Source: Coniocarpon cinnabarinum
Taxonomy: Eukaryota
DNA length: 44,070 nucleotides
Direction: 5' to 3'
Assembly: GCA_051942205.1 (NCBI GenBank)
Contig: JAVECO010000073.1
Coordinates: 62,001-106,070, forward strand
In this document: positions 12,201-24,050 of the stretch, in pieces
Layout: each line of letters opens with the position of its first letter
How positions within the stretch are numbered: the stretch's first letter is position 1
Made by a program: the position numbers and the translations under genes
The notes under the pieces: model-generated
The model's database searches: none
What the model was told of the DNA's origin: nothing
What the model saw: only the letters and a program-made list of their open reading frames with translations

Positions 12201-12964
12201 ACGAACGGCTAACATGTGTGTTAGGTGATCAACTAAATAAGTACCTGACGGTTCTTGCCCACAGAGCAGAGGCAGCCGCAGCACGTGTCGTTGAAACGAC
12301 GCGATTTGAAAAGCTCTGGCCTCGCCGTTCCGTCCTTGCATGGGAGTACAATGACATGCTACAGCTGACTCTAACTCCGCGCCGAAAGCAGATTTCACTC
12401 GACAAGAGAAGCACTCGATGGGCAACAGCATTCGATGGCTTTTCAGAACACTTGGTGATATGTGGCTCATTGTTTGGGAGTGTAATCAGACCGTCACCAA
12501 GGATACGGGATCTCATGTGCTTCAACTGCCAGGTAGTTCCCACCGGCTGCAACTGCCTAGTCGCGATGATACAGGACCTGGCGACAGGAGATCTTGTGAC
12601 TCAACTGTACAAGCCCAGCTTGATACAGGCGCAAAATCCGTTTAAGTGAGTCTTATCCAATTCTCCCAATTGTGACGGCGATGCTTGCCTCTTCAGCTTC
12701 GTTCAAGGTCTCAGCGCTTGGGTGCACATCTGCTGACATTCTTTATTGTAGTCCATGCGGTACATCGTGCTCGTTCAAGACCGTCCAGGTAAGATAATCA
12801 AGACCGTAGCGATGAAACTCGATTCTAACATTTGCCAGCGCATCCAAGTAGCGGGCCTAGAGTCCGCTCCCGATGCCTTCATGTCAAAACAGAAAGGTGC
12901 GGTCATATTTGCGGACCGGGCGACAATAGTGAAGAAATTGGAAAAGACACACTGTGCAAATTGA
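9207..12964 (+). CDS. Uncharacterised multi-exon fungal protein with N-terminal RanBP2-like zinc finger; introns 9831-9961, 10760-11039, 11413-11698, 11731-11792, 12124-12224, 12646-12751, 12789-12838
   Basis: All seven GT-AG introns have branch-like sites and join in phase. Motifs CWSSLF..IAWGFP..GIE|MSFELM..GA.YP..RG..LVPT..VQWH, VLFDT..AWLVP, LAWEY, VP.G..L and a terminal GAVIF resemble a widespread unnamed Pezizomycotina family as I recall it. N-terminus WTCIYCRFDN-x7-CAKC. Confidence 0.75.
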
Positions 12965-13559
12965 GCAGTGCGATGAGAACGGATGTGACCCATTACCGAC
13001 GTCAGCCATTTGGCGCGGCTCATTCGTTTGCAACAAATAATATCTGTGACTTAGTGTCCCAGTCCCGTTGGTCTTCTTCTGGCTCACAGACTATAGCTCA
13101 CTCCATCCAAAGATGCTGCTATGGCAAGCCAGTATGGATTTGGTCTACGCTTCTCACCGGCATCGCATAGTTCGGGTCTACTGGCTGGCCTCGGACACGT
13201 CTTGATGTGGTATTGCAAGATGCGCGATCTCTGCAACGCCCGAGGATAACCCTGTCTCAACGGGACGACCGTCACGATCAACACGCAAACACTAGCAACA
13301 GCTATACACAACGGACAGTGTCGAAGCACCGTCATACGAAATTGGCCGCCATATGGGATATTTGTGTCCTTTTGCATGACATGGACAGCGACTTCTTGAC
13401 GCACACGATTTACTTACTGCAAAAAGCAGAAACATCAACAGCGACACTCAACGCTCTGAGCACGATTTCACTGTTTGTCTACTCTATATGTATACAGCTC
13501 CAACATCTTGCAATACGTACGTATCACATATCATCTGGAACGATGTATTAACGACGTAT

Positions 13560-15520
13560 ACGGATATTTGAAGAGTCACAGATTGTCATGAATCAATGCA
13601 ATCACGAAGGAGAATGTTATGTCAGACTTTGATCATCACAATGTACTCATGAACTTCTTGACGAGCTTGAGACGACATTTGACGTGCAGAGAGAAAGCGA
13701 TATATTAGGGGAGTTTTGATATTCCTACTCCGAAGAAGCCAGGAGCGAGATCATAGATAAACTTTGCTCAGGTTTCTCAACCGTGTTCCGTAGCCTTTTA
13801 TGACTTCAAGGGAGTCCAATGGCGACAGTCTTCACGTGTGCTAACTTTCTTGATAAGGTCATTGAACCAGTGTAGCGAGTTACTCGGTCTATGAAAACTT
13901 AAATAACTTCGAATGAACGTACATATTTATACCGACGTCTAAAGTGTACTACTGCAGCTAGAATGATCTATATCAGTGATGAAGCAAAAAGTCTAGACAC
14001 GACATCTCAACATAAACACATCCTTCATTAGGAGGAAACCGGAATATCAAGCTCTTGTGCTCAATGAAGTTGTAGCTTTTCACCCATACTTGACGTTTAT
14101 TGTTGACCATGCAAGACTAACGCCTCATTACTGAGGATAGTGCCCATTTAAAAAATGACTCGGCGCTTGCGCGCTAGGTAAACGCTCTTATGGTACCGGC
14201 GTCTGAAGTTGACACGCCTCATTATGATCCCACGCGAGGACTACAGCATCAAAGTCTGCACCCCGAACAGCTTTTCGTGGTGGAAATTACAGACACAAGC
14301 TTGTTCGCCTTCTCAGTCACTTCCGTTGATTCCTCATTTCCTAATGGAGTTGGTGAAGCAAGGTTGACAAATTTAATAGGCGTTTGATAGAGCCATTCGT
14401 GCCTTCACGGACCGGACTCTCGATCCAAAGACCGATCCTAGAGTATGCAGACTTTATTAGATTTCTGAAGGGTCCTCAAATGACGTTCATACTCTATTGC
14501 ATTACTGAAGAGTATGAACTGCTTGCGCCGTCGTCTTTTAAGCAAGTGTGATCAAATATATGAAGCAATAAGACGGTATCGGATAGCAGGATTGACTCAA
14601 CGTTACCAAAAATTACAAAGTTAGTGACCTTCCAAGGAGTCGACGCGAATTTTGAGGCGCTTGTTTGTGGTGAGAATGCAGGGCAGGTCATTGCGGCCAC
14701 TGAGATGGCTGTGCAGCGAAGGGCCACAGAGTCAAGAAAGTGAAACTGTATAATAACATTGTAGATTGTTGGGAAGCACCAGATGTGTACACAACTTGAC
14801 CGCGCAAGAATCGTCATTGCATACTGATGTGATAAATGCACTCAACATACGATTTCGTACTTGTCGACTAAGGCCAAGGGCTTCGCGCCAGTTTTTTTCA
14901 GCTTTTTCTGAAAGATCGACCTGGTAGTGTTGAAACAACATAGCCCGTTGTCTATGCCAGATTTGCAATCAGCGGATCTTTGATCGTGCTGAAAATCGTT
15001 GGTTCAGTGTGGTGATCGTCATTGCTCAGAGCTTCGCATGACGTTGCGGCCAAGTTGAGATGAAGTGCTGGGGGTTCCGGGGGAGTCATTTATTGGTGAT
15101 GTGTCAAGCAGCAGGAGTTTCCGAAGCTTTTGCTGGAGGCAAGATTCACGATCGCCGCCTTTGCATCTTGCGACTCATAAAGATTGTGTTCCCTTGCGGG
15201 AGTTGACTCGAGGCTGAGGGTTGCCTGACGAACAATATTTTTATTGCATCTCTCCGCAGACACGCCTGTGGTGTAGCTATAGCGCGCCGTGTAAGAACAG
15301 AGTGTGCTCCTTGAATTAGCTTCATCCAGCCCGGAGTAGGCTCCTTTACTGACAGTACATCCAAAGTGACTTTCATCTGATTCGTTAGGCAACCGCAGCC
15401 TTGTTGATCTCTGCAACTCGCCTACGCTGTACTCCAGATTGATAGGTTGTCGTGTTGCTCAAGCGAATGGCGCCAGTAAGCACAAGCCCTGAGGCTCACA
15501 GCACGTCAACGGCATGAGGG
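13560..15520 (-). pseudogene. Possible decayed gene remnant, unidentified
   Basis: AT/TpA-richer segment. A minus-strand frame at ~13890-13560 reads protein-like but is riddled with stops (HWFNDLIKKVSTREDCRHWTPLKS*KATEHG*ET*AKFIYDLAPGFFGVGISKLP*YIAFSLH). Further ORF fragments lie at 14494-15416. No family recognised. Confidence 0.3.
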
Positions 15521-15714
15521 GTCGAGACTTAAGAGGCCGATGGCAAGCGTGTCAGCTTATATGTGGGATGATGGGTCCTGAACGCTGGCCATTCCCTGGT
15601 CTTCTGATCCAAGCAAAGAGCCAACGCAGTTGCGTGCGGCTCCGCTGTGGAAGAACAAGGTTCTGCTGAGGTCGTCCTGCACTGCCGACGTTCGTACACC
15701 CCTGACTGCAGACT

Positions 15715-18329
15715 ATGGCACCAATTGTGTCCCTTGCAGCGAGGCGCCTGCCCCCTCAAATTACGGCTTCTGAGCTTCGTGCTGAGCTGTCGTCACGATA
15801 ACCAGCGCCAGATTACACCTTTGAAGTCTGGCACTTGGTTCCTGAAGCTGACCGGACTTCTGGTCGTGCGACACAGTGTGCTACAATCGCTGTCAGAGTG
15901 TGATTCTCGTTGATGTAAAGGCTACATATAACCCTAGAAGGCATAGTCGATGGGCTGTGCAAAGCTTCCAGTGAGCGTCCCATTCATCATAGTGGTCATG
16001 CTTGGTGGATCTCGATCGACAAGTATTTCTATGGCGTGGTGCCCTTATATGAGTACGAGCGAGGTGCTACTGTAGAGTAAGTCTAGCTGCTGTTAAAGGA
16101 TGACAATAACTGATCAATCAACACAGTATATTTACCATTCACGGGCTCGGAGGTCATGCATTCCACGCCTGGTGTAATGAGCCTCGAGATGAGCCCGGTA
16201 CTGTCGCAAATTGGGCTCGTGACTTCCTCTCGGCAGATCTCACCCATAGAAACGTTCGTGCGCGTATCTCGTCCATCGGTTACACCGCGGGCTTTCTTTA
16301 TCGGGCGGACAAAACGGCGACTATTCGGACGCTTGCAGAGCATCTCCTTGAGGTGCTCGCGTCACATCAGGCTGCGGTGAGGTTGCTCTCGGGGTACCCT
16401 TTGCAAGCATAAGTTGACTCTTGTGAGCAGGAACAACGACCGTTCCTCTTCATTTGTCACAGCCTTGGCGGCTTGGTTCTTTGTCAGGTAGGCAGGCCAC
16501 GTCCATGTTTATCGCTAGTTGAGTAGTGACTGACCTCCACTAGGCTTTGACACTGTGCCTGTACAAGGATGTGCCCTATGACATTGAGAAACAGCAATAT
16601 CGTCACGTCTTCACGCGTGAGTCGGAAGTGCTGCTCAAGGGGGTCCAGTTCCTAGGGACTCCGTTTGAAGGAAGTCTAGTTGCAGACGCAGCATGACCTT
16701 TCGCTGAGGCGATTGGCGAAATCAATCCATGGCCTACAAATCCTGGCCTGGTCGACGCTCTCACTAACGGCAATCCTGATCTCTCAGATCTTATCAGCAA
16801 GTTCTACTATCTTCATGTGGAACTTGGTATCTCGTTATTCATCGGCTGCGAAGCACAGCCTCAGTTCGGTCGTTTGGTAAGCATACCGTTGTTCGAGGGA
16901 GTTCTGCAGTTGATGGTGCGTAGGTGACCACACGTGCTTCAGCTGAGGCTCGATTCAAGCAAACCGCAAGTATTGCAACCGTCGAAGCCGACCACACTTC
17001 AACGGTACGATACAGCTCTCCAGACGCAGGCTACATTACCATCGCAACAGGTCTTGTGAACATGATACTCGGAAAGCTGACTTCTCCAAATCCGATTACA
17101 AGCGAGCGATCCCACGCCGGGATGATTACCAACTGCGCCGAGGGGCAGCGACATGCAATGAACTCAGACCCCTATCGACTTTCACAGAGAGCTGTCACTC
17201 TGCCAGTAGTAAGTAGCCGCGATGGTCAGAACAGTACTGTGCCAGACGGTCTGCAATCCTTTGCAGATCTGCGGATGACAAACGACTCTACTGCGAACGA
17301 TGTCAACGGTGTGCGACCAACCAATCCCATGCACTCGCTAACGGGCGACCAAGCTACGCAGCATGTCAATACTGCGATGAATACAAAATCTGAAGCCAGT
17401 CGCGCATTGGTTGCAAGAGCAGCACCCAAGATAGAAGACGGCAAGCGACTCGCCAAGCTGAACCAATACGATACCATATTCGTCATCGATGACACAAGCT
17501 CCATGGCCTTGCCCGCCAACGAGAGAGAATCGCAGAGGCCCGAAACGAATGGACAAGGCTTTGCAGACCATTGGAGTGTTTTGGAGAACTGTTTAGAAGG
17601 CATTGTAGATGTTGCCACTGCCTATGATCAAGATGGCGGTATAGACGTCAGATTTCTCAAAACTGGTAAAGACACGTTCAGGGACGGGCAAACTTTCGAT
17701 CAAGACCATTTGACAAACGGACAAGACTTGCTTGATCGATTGATGCTGATCCGTAGCATGTTAGGAACGCAGAGATGTGAAGGTGGAACATTCTTTTGGG
17801 AGCTTCTTTATGATCTCATGTTCGAAAGATCCGACAAGTGGCAGAAGTTCAGAAAGCAGCGAGATAGCGGCGAAGTGGGACCGAAACCAAAATTTGTCAA
17901 CATTATTGTCATCACAGATGGAGCAGCAGATGATCCTGATGAGATTGAATGGGCAATATCCGAGGTGGCTAAGAGTCTAGACGCAAGCGGGGCGCCCCCG
18001 AGATGCGTCGGTGTTCAGTTCGTACAGATAGGGGACGACAAAGACGCGAGAGATTGGTGGGATTGCTGTTTACGCAAAACAAAATTATTCTCAGGAGAAT
18101 CTATGCTGACCAGCTAACTTCAGGCTGAAGAAGCTCGACGATGAGCTTGGTCGAGGCGATGTGAGGTTTCGAGAAGTGAGTAGGTCTCTCAAGGATGCAG
18201 ACACAAGCTGACCTATCTCCTCAGATGATTGACACAAAGCCGTGGGATCCTAGTAACATCGAAGGCATGCTTCTTGGCGCAATCGTCCCAACTGAGGATA
18301 ATCAGCGGGCTGCGGCCGGTTCCCCTTGA
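15715..18329 (+). pseudogene. SesB/SERAC1-like alpha/beta-hydrolase fused to a C-terminal vWA domain; four in-frame stops; introns 16077-16126, 16377-16430, 16488-16543, 16877-16923, 18057-18123, 18176-18224
   Basis: Spliced frame reads IDKYFYGVVPL..VD|IFTIHGLGGHAFHAW..WARDFL..RISSIGY..|RPFLFICHSLGGLVLCQ|..FLGTPFEGS..|V..SA..DH..VRY (hydrolase), then YDTIFVIDDTSSM, DGGIDVRFL, GGT, IIVITDG, VGVQFVQIGDD, LDDEL, MIDT (vWA/MIDAS-like). Stops: TAA 15799, TGA 15901, TAA 15916, TGA 16694. Confidence 0.85.
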
Positions 18330-18376
18330 TAGAAAATCGAGAACTCGTTGGCGTCATGATGTGATGATGCAAGGTA

Positions 18377-20444
18377 TCACTTGTTTGACTTGTAGAAGTT
18401 TGGTGCGTATTCAAGGAGCCATTGCTTGTCAATCTTGGTGATGTTTGTAATATATGTTTTCGACGATGTCTCCATGACTTCATGAAAAACGACCCATTCA
18501 GCCTTTCGGTTGAACATTAATGAGCTGGGATGCGCGTGAAAGGTAGCAGTACCACTTGCTGATTTGAAAGTTCCATCTGGTTGCATTTTGGCAGCATGTG
18601 CAAAGAAACCAGATGTCAAACATCGACGGATCCGCTCTGCTCCATTATCATCACCATTTACTGACTTTTCAAATGAGTGATCAGCATTAGAAACGATGCC
18701 AAAGCGCTCAAGATAACGTCGAAGCTGATTGCGGGTGCTCAGTGCTCGTTGCATGCTCTTGTTATTCAAAAAGTTCTTCGCGCACCACTTGGCATCCTTT
18801 CTGCCGCTTGTCACGAACGCTTGAAAAACGTTGAGCAACGTGAGGTGATCGCCTTCCTCCACAGCGAACTTCCTTCTCGCCAATTCGTGATCTTGTCGAT
18901 CTCCATCATGAGTGAACCAGATGCCACCCTGCAGGCTCGTCATTGCCGCAATGCTCAGCATCTCATCTAGACAACCAAACTCGCGTGATGACAGCAGCGC
19001 TTTTGACATCATTGGGTCAAGCGCCAGCTCCGCCATTCGCGTCCCAAGCGGTTTCGTCAATCTTGCATAGTCGTCCAGAGCACCTAATGAGTAAAGCAAC
19101 TCCAAGCCACGGATAACAAGCTCAGCAGGTGGGCTCGTAAGGAACCCAAAACGGACAATGTTGTCAACACCGAGCGCTTTCAGCTGCAGAATGACATGTG
19201 CGAGATTAGACCGCTGCACTTCAGGCACAGTGGCTTCGCTGAGCGACTGGTAGTCATCTTCAGTATACAGGCGGTAGCATTTTCCAGGTTTGGTTCGTCC
19301 AGCGCGACCAGCTCGTTGAGTGGCCGAAGCCTTGGAGATCGGCGTCGCTGTCAGTGCTTCGATTCCTGTGCGTGAATTGTATGCACGCAGCTTCACGAAG
19401 CCGCAATCGATCACAAAGACAATACCGTCAATGGTCACGCTGGCTTCTGCTATATTCGTTGCCAACACCACCTTGCGGAAGCCTGTGCCAGAAGGCTCGA
19501 AGACTCTCATCTGCTGATCAGTGGGCAAGCCTGCGAACAACGGCACGACAAAGGGCCTGGGCCCGGGACCTTTCCATTCATAAAGTCGTTCTGAAATTGT
19601 CTGCATCGCGCTTTCAATCTCTTCACGACCAGTTAGAAAGACAAGAATATCTCCGGTATCTTCTTGAGCATTGATATCCAACACAGTCTGAACTGCAAGT
19701 TTCAAGTAATCGTGTGTGGCTTCCGAAAGGTAATGCACGTCAACGGGATACATTCTCCCACTGAGCGAAACGATCCTGCCGGTTCTTGTAGTTGAAGCTG
19801 TGGAAGCATGTTCGACGTCGTCAGCAGTGAAGAAGCTCAAAAAGTCTTCAGCTTGCAGTGTGGCACTGCTAACGACTATTCGAAGGTCGCTCCGCTTTTT
19901 GTGTATTTTCCTGAGGATGCCAAGAAGAATATCAGAGCTTAGTGATCTCTCATGAGCCTCATCCACCATGATGACCGAGTAGCGAGTCAGCAATGGGTCG
20001 ACTAACGCTTCTCTCAAGAGCATGCCATCGGTCAAGAATTTGATGCGAGTCTTCGCACTAGTAACGTCTTCGAACCTAATGGAGTAACCTACATCCTGGC
20101 CCAGTTCACAGGTCATTTCTTCCGCAACACGCTTAGCTACCGAAGCGGCCGCCACACGACGAGGCTTTATTGGTATGAGTCGATGATCAAACAATGACTA
20201 AAAGCATCTCGTACTCACCCACCTGGGTAACGGCAATTTGCTTTCCATTTGACGCCCATCCTGCTCGATTGAGATATTGAGGCAATTGTGTAGTCTTGCC
20301 ACTGCCAGTGTGGCCGATCAAAACAGTCACAGGGAACGACTCTACCGTGTACTGCAATGGCTTCTCGAATTTAGCTATTGGCAGCAAAGAAGGAGGTTTG
20401 AAGGCGGAGAGCATAAGCGCAGCATCATCGTCCTGCTCAGCCAT
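18377..20444 (-). CDS. DHX35: DEAH-box ATP-dependent RNA helicase (DHX35-like); exons 20444-20223 and 20164-18377
   Basis: GHTGSGKTTQ, TQ|PRRVAA across intron 20222-20165, DEAH, SAT, TNIAEASVT, QRAGRAGR, HA2/OB-fold C-terminus. The very short N-terminal extension fits DHX35 rather than Prp2/16/22; the subfamily call is inference. Confidence 0.9.
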
Positions 20445-21456
20445 TGCGCGAAACTTTTCACGGAAGCGCGCGAAATTGAAGATGTTTGCGCAACATATAC
20501 AAGGGAGAGGAGGCAAAGATTCAGGATGCCGTCGAAATCGATGATCGCGATACTGACAAGGCAATCGTCAACCTGGTATTCGATGGTAGCTTGGCTGAGT
20601 GCCAGGGATGTCTTCAAGATCACGTGCTAAGTGCTGTTAAGGCAGGGTAATTTGACTTTTGCCATAATTCTTCATCCCACGTATGGCAAGTGGAGATGAA
20701 GAAACTTTGTATCTACGGAGTACGTTGCGACATGCGATTGCCCAAAACAAGATTTATTTGCCCCATTCGCGATCGATCACAAGCCCGTGTGCTTATCCTA
20801 CAGAGATCTATCTATGCTCGTCCTTCCGGGAGCTCCGCGCTCGAGATTCAGAGCTACCTTGTGGTATGCAATCAAAGGACAATGATTGCTTGACACCAAG
20901 CTATCAAGCTCGTGTAGGTGGTCGACTTGACCCTGATGTCTTCCAAGGAAAGCCCACACCACTGTTCTGAGATCCCTGCAAATTCTCCACAAGAACCCTA
21001 GTCACTCATCCAGAATGCGCCATGCTCGGTCCCAGCGAATCGTTCTCCGTTCAAGAGCGTCACACGGCCTCCAGATCATTGGTCACTCGCCCGAGAGAAG
21101 GAGGGACATCCTTCAATGCTGGTCTTTCCTGCATGTCTCGTACCACCACGGCCAAGCTGCGCCCTTCTGCCGGCGGCTGTTCCTTTCAACACGAGTCTTT
21201 GATTGGCGCGACAGCTGGCTTGACTTTGTTCGGTGCCTTCGCTCTATTCTATTCTCCGTGCGAACTCGCGCGAGATGCAGGCTTCATGCGTGCAGCTGTA
21301 TGAGAGCACTTAGTAATGACTCTATCCCCGAGCGTCATAGTGCGTGCTTAATGAAGCCGTTCTTTCCCAAGAAGCTTCTCAATATAAGAATCCTGGAACA
21401 TACCATCTCATTTCAACCCTTAAAAAATAGCAAGTGTGATTCACCACCAAGACAAG

Positions 21457-23042
21457 ATGGCTGACCACGTAACGCTCGATGTAATCATTGTAGGTGCTGG
21501 AATTGCTGGACTCAGTGCAGCTATAGCATTGCGACGTGTCGGTCACAACGTGAAGGCATGTATCGACACTGCTTCTTCTTCGCAACCTTTACCTATTGAC
21601 CACGCTCAAGATATTTGAACGTTCGACATCCAATAATGAAGTAGGAGCCGCCATCAGTGTTTGTCCAAATGCAACAAGGGTCCTAGAATCTTGGCACATC
21701 GACTGCCATGATGCAAAGATGGTCGAGTTGCAGAATTTGTACCTAGCCAAGGCAAAAACTTGGCAAAAGTTCTTCGAGCATTCGACCGACAGCTACCTGA
21801 AAGACTACGGTGCTCCTTGGTATCTGGCTCATAGAGCTGATCTTCATGAGCTACTGCGTACGCACGCTACAAGAGAGGACCGTCCGGGCCGACCCGCTAC
21901 GATTATCAAGAGCTCCCTAGTCAAACAATATGTGCGTAAGGACTTTGTCGGGAGTCTCTGAACCATCCTAACCAATCTGCTAGGATACAGCTCAAGGACG
22001 CATCTTCTTGAATGACGGGAGTACTCACCAAGCTGACGTCGTCATTGCAGCTGACGGTGTCCACTCACTCGCCGTGGAGCATGTCATTGGTCACAAGAAT
22101 CCTGCAACGCCTCAAGGCCTGTCGCTGTTCCGCTTCCTCATCCCTACCTCAGCCATCCTTGAAGACCCTCAGACCTCCCACTTGGTTGATGAGGAGGCCG
22201 GTAAGCTCAAGCTATTTACCACTAGTAGACCGGCATGCCGTTTGATTTGGTATCCCTGCCGAGCAAATGAGGTTCAAAACTTAGGGGGCATGTTCCCAGA
22301 TGATCCAGAAAAGCCCAAATACGGCGCAGTCGAGGATTGGAATGTCACCACCAGCCGGGATAAGTTCTTTGAAGAATTCAAAGACGAGCTTCATCCCGAC
22401 CTTTTGAGGCTATGTGAAAAAGCGCCAGAGTTCAAATTGTGGAAAGTGATGTCACGAAACCCGCTACCCACATGGTTCAACGAGAGATTGGTGGTCGTTG
22501 GGGACGCTGCGCATCCAATGCTACCACGTACGTGGATTGAAGCCTTATTCCTAGATGCCAGTCCTAATCGAAGACTAACATCTGAGACAGACCAAGCCCA
22601 GGGAGGTGCTCAAGCAATCGAAGATGGCGCGGCCTTAGGAGTGTTGTTCTCTGAACTAACCACTAAAGATCGAGCAACCATCGAGGAGCGACTTCAGCTG
22701 TTCCAGGACGTTCGTATTGGCCGTGCCTCGACTGTCCAAGTCATGTCAAACCAAGCGGCTGAACTGGAGCAAGATGAGGCAGCACGCCAAGCAGCGCTGA
22801 AATATATTCCAGAAGGGTTGCGAGCTCCAAGTAAGACTGACTAGTCACAATCTAGCAAATCGAGACTATTGAAGATAAACTGATTGAGTTTTGCAGAGAC
22901 TCCCATCGAGTTTGCCGACTACAACTATTCGTACGACATAATCGAGGAGTGTAAGAAAGTGTTGGACAACTTGAAGTCATCGAGGTCGCCGGACGAAGCT
23001 GGGCTGATGGCAATGTCGAAACCTGCGGGGATTGCTACTTGA
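21457..23042 (+). CDS. FAD-dependent monooxygenase (salicylate hydroxylase-like, group A); introns 21556-21610 (GC-AG), 21932-21983, 22528-22590, 22831-22896
   Basis: GAGIAG Rossmann motif, HRADL, AADGVHS (DG motif), GDAAHPMLP|HQAQGGAQAIEDG (GD motif); splicing keeps the frame to TGA 23040-23042. Confidence 0.92.
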
Positions 23043-24050
23043 ACCTGGCTATCTAGGCGCTGCGGTGAAGTTGCCCACTGAAACCCTCTATTTCCCGGTT
23101 CGTTGGGGCATTTGCTTTCAGTAAGAGGCTCAAATGCGTTAGATGTCCCACAAAAGACATCAACATCGCAATGACTGTGAATATTTTCATTGGCTGTGAT
23201 ACATCTCATCTTCGTCTCGTCGTCGCCGTTCTGCATGTGCATGACGTAGCTAATGCCATTTAGAGAAAGTGCGTATGGCTTTTCAACATAGAAAAAGATC
23301 GCCTTCTTGAGCCTTCTTATAATTTCCTCAGTCACAGTGTCATAGTGTCAATTTATTATTCCCTTTTCCATCGCATGCCGTATCTTAAAAATCATCTGGT
23401 TACAACAATTCTGGCTTACAGATATTCTGAAATGTTGGCGACGCCAAGTTGCAGTGAATCGAATGCTGCCCGTTTCACGAGGTGTTACCTGCACAAAGAG
23501 CACGCCATTACGAAGACTGACAATAGCATTTGCGATCTACCTTTGTTCCAAAAGATGGGAGCGGCCTATTTAATTGTGAAGCTCCTCGGATGATATTGCA
23601 AGCTGTCACTTCACGCTAGATTCTTGATAAGGTTCAATCTGTTTGGCCCCCAAGAAGGTAAGAGCACAGGTGGCAACGGGGCTTGAGCAGTGACAGAGGA
23701 TGGACCTTGCCCTACAACGTGACCTGTAATGTCATACAATGAGGCTGAACCCCCTGTCTTATGATCCGCCCGAATGAGTTGTCTTTATTTTGGGAACCCG
23801 CAGGATCCGTCGGACCGCTTCCCTGGAGAATATCTAGCCAAGATGCCTCGCTTCATGATTTCCTGATCCACAGCCAAGTGACTTGTCCTTATTATGAGGA
23901 TCCGGAAGACCCGTAGGATTGTGTTGCTCTGTGAAGAGCGACATGTGTCTTTGATGAAGTCCCTTGTTTGTTCGCATCGTAGGTAGACCAGCAACTTCAA
24001 TAGAATAATCGAGACTCGAGACTCAAATTAGCAAACTACGTTGACTAGCT

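Noticed and set aside
16924..18117. 397-aa ORF as a standalone vWA gene starting at 16924
   Set aside because: The start is a GTG immediately after a splice acceptor, the first ~45 aa are the end of the hydrolase domain, and the ORF's 3' end runs into an intron.
22925..23335. 136-aa minus-strand ORF
   Set aside because: Non-ATG start, overlaps the monooxygenase last exon and 3' UTR in antisense, no motifs.
23774..23866. 30-codon ORF MSCLYFGNPQDP.. as a seventh ENP copy
   Set aside because: Only NP matches; no basic N-terminus, coiled coil or C-terminal motif.
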